A stretch of DNA of 64,000 bases from a virus. The translations under genes were made by a program, and so were the position numbers. The notes beneath the pieces were generated by a model. That model searched no databases. It was not told the DNA's origin and was given only the letters and a program-made list of their open reading frames with translations. Shown here piece after piece: positions 55,439 through 62,255 of this stretch; positions within the stretch are counted from its first letter, which is position 1, and every line of letters begins with the position of its first letter. Location of the stretch: positions 7,976 to 71,975 of IMG/VR virus record IMGVR_UViG_3300045988_054550; one strand, written 5' to 3'.

Positions 55439-55575
55439 TTGAAAAGGGAAGATTCGAACTTCCATGTACATCCCATGTCCAAAGACACATACTCACCCAT
55501 TAAGATGTACTATCCTCTGCGTCTGCCTTTCTATCGTATCGGGTTCATCACCGTCAATAGTTCCGCCACTTTTCA
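55439..55575 (-). ncRNA. oversized tRNA-like RNA (137 nt): 7 bp acceptor, type-II-like D-arm, canonical T-arm, expanded centre
   Basis: 5' TGAAAAG TG GCG-GAACTATTGA-CGG ... GGAAG-TTCGAAT-CTTCC CTTTTCA A 3'. The candidate anticodon hairpin TATGT-GTCTTTGG-ACATG has an 8 nt loop. Confidence 0.45.
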
Positions 55576-55607
55576 ATCAGAGCATTATCACTCAATGCAT
55601 CAAACGT

Positions 55608-55722
55608 CCATATAGGAGGGGATTTCCACCCTTTTACTCTCATGCCGCCGGCTAAGGTCACCTAAGTTGTGGGTTTAAACCTATGCTACCACAATAGCGT
55701 CTACGTATTCCGCCACTATATG
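55608..55722 (-). ncRNA. oversized tRNA-Leu-like RNA (115 nt): perfect 7 bp acceptor, Leu-type D-arm, aberrant T-loop
   Basis: 5' CATATAG TG GCG-GAATACGTAGA-CGC ... TTGTGG-(16 nt loop with GGTTTAAACC)-CCACAA ... GGG-TGGAAAT-CCC ..CTATATG G 3'. Starts 3 nt after tRNA-Thr. Confidence 0.45.
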
Positions 55723-55725
55723 GAA

Positions 55726-55797
55726 TCGGAAAGGCAGGAATCGAACCTGCGACACATAGCTTACAATGCCATTGCTCTACCACTGAGCTACATTCCA
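55726..55797 (-). tRNA. tRNA-Thr (anticodon UGU)
   Basis: Hand-folded cloverleaf: TGGAATG TA GCTC-AGTGGTA-GAGC A ATGGC-ATTGTAA-GCTAT GTGTC GCAGG-TTCGATT-CCTGC CTTTCCG A. One U-U mismatch and a terminal U-G in the acceptor. Confidence 0.75.
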
Positions 55798-56088
55798 TAC
55801 CGCCTGTAACGGACAGTTCTCTAAAAAGAAACTGGGTTGATTCCCACATCACATGCTTTCGGACCGGATGAAAATATCCAGATAAACATTAACCTTTCCA
55901 TCGTAAAACACATGAACTAGATGGTTCTTTTAGAATTGCCGACTATCACTTCTCACGGACCGTGGTCTCATCTCTCTAAAAAGTTTTTTACGCAAACGCC
56001 TAGTGAGTTGTACGTTTACGCTCATGCGTAAATCCGCCTGAGGCATAGACCGCCTGTATACAAACAGCTTAATTCTAAGCGGATTAAA

Positions 56089-56160
56089 GTGGAACGCCCG
56101 GAATCGAACCGGAGACTAGGTTACTCGTCCCTATCAGCTTTCCACTAGCTGCACATTCCA
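56089..56160 (-). tRNA. tRNA-like gene with non-canonical anticodon arm (loop ACGAGUA, C33; G-A at stem end)
   Basis: TGGAATG TG CAGC-TAGTGGAAA-GCTG A TAGGG-ACGAGTA-ACCTA GTC TCCGG-TTCGATT-CCGGG CGTTCCA C. Acceptor, D and T arms are good. The anticodon loop violates U33 and the variable loop is only 3 nt. Confidence 0.45.
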
Positions 56161-56491
56161 CATAACCCGGAAACTCCGGGTTAGCAATATGTTTATCGTG
56201 TTATGCTTTCCACTAGGCTGTTTTATGCCGTGCCAGCCCCACGGAGTTGTTTTCGGATTTGGATATTAATGTCTTTGTGTATAACAACAAAACCTTTTAT
56301 ATGTCTCTTGAAAACTTCCTGTCCTCAATGCGCGCTTATTGACGACAATTTAACTCGGAGACTGTGTAGAACGGGGAATTATCTTCATCGAACAGGCTGT
56401 GCCGTTACACACCTTTCATAAAAATAATCCACATACATTCATTCAACAGTTTTTTCTGTCCACAAAACGGATAGACAGCATATGGAAGAAA

Positions 56492-56564
56492 TGGAAACTA
56501 CAGGACTTGAACCTGTGACTTGTCGGTTATGAGCCGACCGTTCTGCCAACTGAACTAAGTCTCC
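56492..56564 (-). tRNA. tRNA-Met (CAU; elongator type, or Ile2 if lysidine-modified)
   Basis: GGAGACT TA GTTC-AGTTGGCA-GAAC G GTCGG-CTCATAA-CCGAC AAGTC ACAGG-TTCAAGT-CCTGT AGTTTCC A. Confidence 0.85.
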
Positions 56565-56756
56565 TAAGCAGAGGGTTATTGCAGTTCAAGAGTAACTTCC
56601 TCTGCTGTTGCGATTCTTGCCCTCTCAGTCGCAACAAAGGGTCCGCTGCTCCACAAAATGTGGAAACCATCCGGGACGTTTGAAGCCCCTTTATTCATCC
56701 CCTGATGGGATAGATGGTATTTCAGAGGAACTATATCATGCCAATGATATAGCTAA

Positions 56757-56828
56757 CTAGGCTAGTGGGATTCGAACCCACGAATTCAGCAGTCAAAGTG
56801 CTGAGCCTTACCGCTTGGCGATAGCCCA
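56757..56828 (-). tRNA. tRNA-Gln (UUG)
   Basis: TGGGCTA TC GCCA-AGCGGTA-AGGC T CAGCA-CTTTGAC-TGCTG AATTC GTGGG-TTCGAAT-CCCAC TAGCCTA G. Confidence 0.85.
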
Positions 56829-57129
56829 TTACTTTCCGGGTTGGCGTTCCCGGAAATGTGATATATTCTGGTGGTTTTAGAAAGCATCATAGCTATTAAT
56901 ATTGTTAAGTCCGCGCCAGTTACTTTTCAATGGGCGGGAAAAGTTATTCTCCATTGAGTTTCACCAACGCAGACCTAAGCTACTCTGGATGCCTCGACCT
57001 GTCAGATTCAAAGGCTTTCCCGAACCTGAGAACGACAGGCTTCTGCTTTTCTTGTATTTTCACCCGTTCAATCAGTATAGTGAACAGGGGAATTTGTATT
57101 GTGAATGCTAACCACATTGGGTTCTCCTC

Positions 57130-57642
57130 TTATTCTGCAAAAATCCAATCATCTGCTAACATATCCGCCTGAGATGCAAGCCATCCCATCTGTACGCCGG
57201 ATGTTTCGACAAAAGCAATGGCTTTATTTCCAATCGCATCATGTTCGCAATTTACGATTTTATTATCAGCAGTTTTATACGAAATCCTGGTAGCAAGCTG
57301 AATGTACTGTTTCTTTCCGTTCCATCCTTTTCTTGCAACCTTGAGTCCACGTTTCATATATTTAATTGCATCTCCAAAAGAAAACTCTGATTCGCCACCG
57401 AGCACCGGGCAGTTTGTTTCGTCTGCAATAATCCATTCATCAGACTGCATATTCATAGTGGTATATTCGACCCTCTGAGTTTTCCTGATGTCAAGTAAGT
57501 CGCCCTGAGTATCGCTATCCTGTGGGCGGCACTGAATCATAATTGTTTCTTTTTCTGCATCCCAATACCAATATCCGCCCCATGATGGAAGTTTTACCTT
57601 CGCTCCCTGTTTCATAAGTTTAAATGCTTCTGAAAATTTCAT
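57130..57642 (-). CDS. tandem DUF2829 (Tad2-like) protein
   Basis: Two repeats: MKFSEAFKLMKQGAKVKLPSWGGYWYW...SDEWII and FSFGDAIKYMKRGLKVARKGWNGKKQYIQL...GWLASQADMLADDWIF. Confidence 0.7.
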   Translation of the reverse strand: MKFSEAFKLMKQGAKVKLPSWGGYWYWDAEKETIMIQCRPQDSDTQGDLLDIRKTQRVEYTTMNMQSDEWIIADETNCPVLGGESEFSFGDAIKYMKRGLKVARKGWNGKKQYIQLATRISYKTADNKIVNCEHDAIGNKAIAFVETSGVQMGWLASQADMLADDWIFAE

Positions 57643-57829
57643 TATTTGTGTCCTCCTTATAATCTAAAAATCACAACTGCATTAACTGCGAAACATATTT
57701 CCATTAATATAAATATTGCTGAAGCTATTGGATTGCTTTTCTTTTCGACTTCGTCCTGTGATATAAGGAATGCCAAGACCAATGTGAAAAATGTAATATC
57801 TAACATGGCTGCTACGAATTTTGCTAAAA

Positions 57830-58210
57830 TCATTCTCTTTGTTCCTCTCCGATCATGAAATCAAGAATCTTACCGGCAGTTTCTTCTTCTGGCTCGAATG
57901 GTAAACCGCAGGTACAATACTTCTCAATTGCTGTTTTAAGGCTTGCTTTGAAGCCATTGTAAACTTCTCCGTGTGTCAGAAGTTCGTGCCTTAAAATGGC
58001 TACTGCGTCGGTTAGTTTCTGTTTTGAAAGGTCAATCTTCACATCTCCATTCAGATCTTCATACGCCGTCGCGTTCCCCAAAAGAACTTTGACTTTATTT
58101 GCTTTAAATATCACGTATCCTTGAATTTTTCCAGGGTCTGGTTTTTCTCTTGTGAAAATCGCTGTTTCATCCATTACATATGCGTAATATACTGGGTCAA
58201 TACTGTTCAT
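57830..58210 (-). CDS. hypothetical protein
   Basis: 126 aa ORF. Confidence 0.5.
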   Translation of the reverse strand: MNSIDPVYYAYVMDETAIFTREKPDPGKIQGYVIFKANKVKVLLGNATAYEDLNGDVKIDLSKQKLTDAVAILRHELLTHGEVYNGFKASLKTAIEKYCTCGLPFEPEEETAGKILDFMIGEEQRE

Positions 58211-58517
58211 TCTTCAAGTCCTCCATTTCTTTCACGCTAATCCCGACTATCCCGGCGCTATCCTTGCTGTCTGTGGCTTTAAAGTGTGCTTTAGGGTGTT
58301 GCGGGTACATGAACTCAAACATAAGGTAATTTGCCGCATCCACAAGGTACTCTGTATTCCCAGTGGAATTATATTTTTCAATGCACCGTTCCATTGTAGG
58401 AAGCGCCTGTACGTTTCCGGTTTTAAAATTCTTCCTGGCAGGACCGTATTTATGATAGCTTACCTCGACTCGATTCTTACGAAGTTCATCAAAGCGTTCA
58501 CTGTATTCTTCTGACAT
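58197..58517 (-). CDS. possible MazG-like / dNTP pyrophosphohydrolase-type all-alpha protein
   Basis: 106 aa. HKYGPARKNF...GNTEYLVDAANYLMFEF resembles phage dATP/dGTP diphosphohydrolase N-domains. Recognition is weak. Confidence 0.3.
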   Translation of the reverse strand: MSEEYSERFDELRKNRVEVSYHKYGPARKNFKTGNVQALPTMERCIEKYNSTGNTEYLVDAANYLMFEFMYPQHPKAHFKATDSKDSAGIVGISVKEMEDLKNEQY

Positions 58518-58567
58518 ATAAAAACCTCTTTTTTATTTTTTTGAGAAAAATTGAGTCGGCGTTTTTC

Positions 58568-58717
58568 CTATCTCTTTCGGAAATATTGTTCCAATGCTTC
58601 TCTGGTGATCTGCGATACACTTTTGCCGGTTCGGTTCTTCTCGGCTATGAGTTTTTGTTCTAGCTGGTACGTGAGACGGATTCTGATTGATTCGCCCTGA
58701 GGGTTATTCTTTTTCAT
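58568..58717 (-). CDS. ribbon-helix-helix protein (49 aa)
   Basis: Hand-translated MKKNNPQGESIRIRLTYQLEQKLIAEKNRTGKSVSQITREALEQYF. Confidence 0.5.
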   Translation of the reverse strand: MKKNNPQGESIRIRLTYQLEQKLIAEKNRTGKSVSQITREALEQYFRKR

Positions 58718-58985
58718 AGGCAGTGTCCATCTTTACTGAAAGAATCGGTTTGTCTCCTGCTTTTGCCAAAAGCGTAATGCCTTTATTATCATCCCAAGAA
58801 GATATTAGTAACTGAATATTCGTGGTTCCTGTTTCATTGCAAATATTTAAAAGCTGGTTAGCTACGTCCATTAACGCTGATCTCAGGTATCCATCATTAT
58901 TTACGATCTGTTTCATTTTTTCGCCTTTCTTGCATATCAAATATGAACCTTTATAATTCTTTAAGTTTCTGATTGGCAATCTCAA
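58704..58985 (-). CDS. hypothetical protein (true start perhaps MKQIVNN at 58916)
   Basis: 93 aa tracked ORF. Confidence 0.4.
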   Translation of the reverse strand: MRLPIRNLKNYKGSYLICKKGEKMKQIVNNDGYLRSALMDVANQLLNICNETGTTNIQLLISSWDDNKGITLLAKAGDKPILSVKMDTAYEKE

Positions 58986-59328
58986 CTTGGAAAGCCAGCA
59001 CGCTAAGCGTAACGTCTCTTATCAGTAATTCATCAAGAGTCATATTCTCTTTTTGAAGCAGTGCTGGAGCTGTAATTACGCGAATCTCTACTTCGAGGTC
59101 GCGAATCTGTCTCCATGTATCTTCGATTTCATTCCTGGTACTTCCAATATCATCCACTCCACAGACAATAAGCAAATCTCCCTTTTTCATTTTGCAACAA
59201 AGAGCTTTAAAATTTTCTTCATCTTCTAAGTCGCGGACAAGTATATCTACATTCTCATGTGAGAGAATCTTTTCCTTATCCGAAAGTGAAAACCAAATTT
59301 TTGAGTTTCTAGCATACCCTATTCTCAT
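58951..59328 (-). CDS. serine-recombinase (resolvase) N-terminal domain-like protein, degenerate and lacking a DNA-binding domain
   Basis: MRIGYARNS... GDLLIVCGVDDIGST... EVEIRVI parallels MxIGYARVS / GDxLVVxxLDRLGR / gvxlxsl, but conserved Arg residues are replaced. 125 aa only. Confidence 0.45.
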   Translation of the reverse strand: MRIGYARNSKIWFSLSDKEKILSHENVDILVRDLEDEENFKALCCKMKKGDLLIVCGVDDIGSTRNEIEDTWRQIRDLEVEIRVITAPALLQKENMTLDELLIRDVTLSVLAFQVEIANQKLKEL

Positions 59329-59839
59329 GTTTATACCTGCCTTTCTGATATCGCCTTGTTATTTATGGCAGAGAAACCATTAAGGCTTATGGCTTGTCAT
59401 GTTGCAATCACTATCTCTGCCATGGGGAACTCTTTTTTTATTTTTTCGAAATTTTTAAGCCTTGCTGTTGGAGAAGGCTTTTTTAATTTTTCGGGAACTC
59501 GGAGTACTTACTCGGCGTGTGTTGAGGCTTATGTAGACCCCCTCCCGGTATCCATGCCGGACGCTACCAGGGAAGCCCGCCGCCCCATGGGTTCCCGCTT
59601 TCCTGGCTTAACGCTGACCATCAAAGGCCTGCGGCGGTGATCAAGGAAGTGCGCGTAGGGGCGCTATTCAGCACGAACATATGTATCTATACAACAAACT
59701 TCAGTTTCTTATATAGATTGACATACACATTGTACAAATACCGCTTGTATAAATTGCGCATGATATACAGTTTGCACAATTTATCTGAATTTATGCCCTT
59801 TTGTCCGCAGTTCACGAACGTTTTCCACGTTTTATTGTG

Positions 59840-60535
59840 TTACAACTCCGGCTTTTCCATCTCTGGAAGCTCCAGCGCTGCCCTGTGCTTGTCCGCGATC
59901 TGCTGCGCTGTCTGCTTTGGCTTTCCATTGTTCTCTTCTGCACTCCGTCCGTTTGGTGCGTTCCATCCAAATTTAGAATTGAGTTTCATTGCCACGCCTG
60001 TGTTATTCTTGTCACTGATTCCAATGTTTGCAAGTGAATGTTCGTCATTCGCATTTAATTTTTTAATTAGGTCAAGGTGTGATGTGCTTGCTATCTCCCT
60101 ATACTCCCCTCTCTTATTCAACTTCCACTCCTGTATATCCTTGATAACATTGCCGTCTGTATCTATATATATCTTTGTCTTATACTCTCCATTTATCCAG
60201 TTGTACATAGTCTGTTCACTAATCTTAATATATTTAGCAAACCCTTGTATATTTGACTCCTTGTTATATACGCCACATATAAATATATAATAGTCGAGTA
60301 TGTAATTGATCAGTTCTGCATTATCACAATCTAATATAGTCTGCCTGTTGTACTTGAGCGTTACGTTTTCAGGCTTTAGAAATATATGATCCCCTGCATA
60401 ACTAAGAGCTGATTCAAATGTGTTCTGAGGCGCTTTCATAAGGTCTTCAATACCATATTCAGCGCAAAATATATCTAAGTATCTCTTTGTATCCTGTTTA
60501 AACGTATCTAACACGCTGTTATCTGTATTCTGCAC
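59840..60535 (-). CDS. terS: terminase small subunit (gp3-package-like)
   Basis: 231 aa. HTH-like IQGFAKYIKISEQTMYNWING and GVAMKLNSKFGWN resemble the TerS IFxLKNxFGW motif. Confidence 0.5.
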   Translation of the reverse strand: MQNTDNSVLDTFKQDTKRYLDIFCAEYGIEDLMKAPQNTFESALSYAGDHIFLKPENVTLKYNRQTILDCDNAELINYILDYYIFICGVYNKESNIQGFAKYIKISEQTMYNWINGEYKTKIYIDTDGNVIKDIQEWKLNKRGEYREIASTSHLDLIKKLNANDEHSLANIGISDKNNTGVAMKLNSKFGWNAPNGRSAEENNGKPKQTAQQIADKHRAALELPEMEKPEL

Positions 60536-60914
60536 TGTATCACCTCCAGATAATTAATATAAATAAAAAAAGTCTGGACCTACTACGACAATACAAACAT
60601 ACAAATCACTTCTGTGATCGTAAAAGTAAAGTCATAGTAAAACCAGACTCGGTAGCATAATTAAAAGTTATAATAAATTATTCTGTTTTTCTCTGTATCT
60701 CTGTTATAGCAAAGATAATATACCTTTGTCAATACCATATTTTATTTTCTTTTATTCTCTTATTACTCCCCCTAGTAATTATATATATTATATCTATACA
60801 GTACTGTATAGCATATATATATTAATAAACTCTAGGGCTTTGGAATCTTGGAGGGGATTATATATAGTTATTATATATTTATACGCCTTGTAATACTGTA
60901 ATTTTCCGGTTATT

Positions 60915-60962
60915 AAACACAAAAAGCCAGACCTTCCGGTACCTTATCCGGCGTGATCTGGC
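60915..60962 (-). terminator. rho-independent terminator
   Basis: Minus strand: GCCAGA-(25 nt with inner CCGG..CCGG)-TCTGGC then TTTTTGTGTTT. Confidence 0.6.
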
Positions 60963-61213
60963 TGCTAAATTCTTATTCTTTTCGTACTCTGGCTGTTGCT
61001 CCCCTCCTGAGTTCCGTCACCTGTCGTTGCTTTAATTTTATCCACATTGGTTTTAAAAATCAAGCCCCAAAATAAAAAAAATTTTGCTTGACAACTTCGA
61101 CGGTTTTGTGCTAAATGTATTTTAACAACTTCGGCGGCGGGGTTGTTCCCCCTCATATTACGCCGCCAAAATAAGACAATAAAAGCCCCGGGATTATCTC
61201 CTAGGGCTTGTTT

Positions 61214-61429
61214 TTATTTCCAACGTTTTACGATGTCCCCATCGTAATGATTGGGCGCGTCTTCATCTGGATTGATGCTTTCCAGCACGTAAAACGCCGT
61301 TCTATGTTTCTTTTCGCACCTTGTTAGATGCTCCCATTGTCCATCCGCTTCCTGAAGGGCTTCTTCTTTGTCCTCAAATTCATCGGTGAAACAATCACCG
61401 TCTGCATAATCCATGATTATATACTTCAT
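61214..61429 (-). CDS. small acidic hypothetical protein
   Basis: 71 aa ORF. Confidence 0.5.
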   Translation of the reverse strand: MKYIIMDYADGDCFTDEFEDKEEALQEADGQWEHLTRCEKKHRTAFYVLESINPDEDAPNHYDGDIVKRWK

Positions 61430-61440
61430 TGCTCTGTCTC

Positions 61441-61674
61441 CTAGTTAATCCCGATAACTTTGACTCGGGTCTGTAAAATATCATCCGCAGGTTCCAGAAT
61501 CTCGAAGTCAACAATATATTCCTCCCCGTCCTGGTACACGGCGATCGCTCCAGACTCTAGCAGTTCCTCGCCGTCCCCGTTTCCGTCCCAGAGCTGACCG
61601 AAATAGTATTCCTCTCCGACCTCTATTGTGTCGTTCTGTCCGTAAACGTAAGATAATGTGTTTAATTTTATCAT
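61441..61674 (-). CDS. small acidic hypothetical protein
   Basis: 77 aa ORF. Confidence 0.5.
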   Translation of the reverse strand: MIKLNTLSYVYGQNDTIEVGEEYYFGQLWDGNGDGEELLESGAIAVYQDGEEYIVDFEILEPADDILQTRVKVIGIN

Positions 61675-61724
61675 TTTTTATTCCTCCTGTCCGCCCCTGC
61701 CCGGGGCTGTGTGATGTGTTTTCT

Positions 61725-62255
61725 TTAACGCATAGCCTGTTTTAAGAAAAATTCTAATTCTTCTTCGTAGTATTCTTTACAATATAATTTTACTTTTGCT
61801 TTGTACTTTTCTTTTACTTCAAAAAAATCGTTAAATTGAGAATTTGCTCGTTTTATATTTCCAAGCTCGTAAGATTCCACTTTGTGATTTACTTTGTTGT
61901 ATCCTTTTTCTGGATTCGTAGAATCAAACATTTTAATCGCCATGTATTCAAAATGTCTTAAATTATGGTCCTTTAAATACTTTGGCAATAGTTCAACCCT
62001 TGTTAGAGGATATGCAATAAATGAATTACCACTATCAAAATCTTTTTGAAAAGTACTTGATGAATGTTTTCCCTTTTTTAGACTATATAAATGCGCTTTC
62101 AATCTCTTACATATGTTTCTGGTTGAACCAATATATACTTTTTGATTGTCCATATTTACAATTATATAGACACCTGGGAAATCAGAATTTTCATTAATCC
62201 TAAATTGTTCTGTTTTCACTGTAACCACTTCCTTTCTATGGTTACAGTATATCAT
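61725..62255 (-). CDS. GIY-YIG nuclease
   Basis: FPGVYIIVNMDNQKVYIGSTRNICKRLKAH is a canonical GIY-(10)-YIG motif. Confidence 0.75.
   Translation of the reverse strand: MIYCNHRKEVVTVKTEQFRINENSDFPGVYIIVNMDNQKVYIGSTRNICKRLKAHLYSLKKGKHSSSTFQKDFDSGNSFIAYPLTRVELLPKYLKDHNLRHFEYMAIKMFDSTNPEKGYNKVNHKVESYELGNIKRANSQFNDFFEVKEKYKAKVKLYCKEYYEEELEFFLKQAMR

Noticed and set aside
55798-56088. A group I intron in the 291 nt spacer between the aberrant tRNA and tRNA-Thr.
   Set aside because: There is only a weak resemblance of GTGATAGTC to the S element (AAGATATAGTCC). I found no matching R element (GACTA), no convincing P7, and the flanks are two separate tRNA-like genes rather than split exons.
55340-57129. 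A UGA- or UAA-suppressor or selenocysteine tRNA that could explain the in-frame stops.
   Set aside because: I scanned both canonical and aberrant units for anticodon loops containing UCA, UUA or CUA in a proper stem context and found none. The TTCAAAC loop at ~56675-56690 would give CAA and has no surrounding cloverleaf. This cannot be excluded without tRNAscan on the full genome.
55318-57172. Tracked ORFs inside the RNA island (55318..55500, 55433..55615, 55464..55655, 55658..55852, 56203..56421, 56902..57111, 56930..57172).
   Set aside because: They overlap foldable tRNAs and tRNA-like structures, have no RBS and an implausible composition. A 47 aa minus-strand ORF starting ~57117 after GAGGAG is the only marginal coding candidate, and I left it unannotated.
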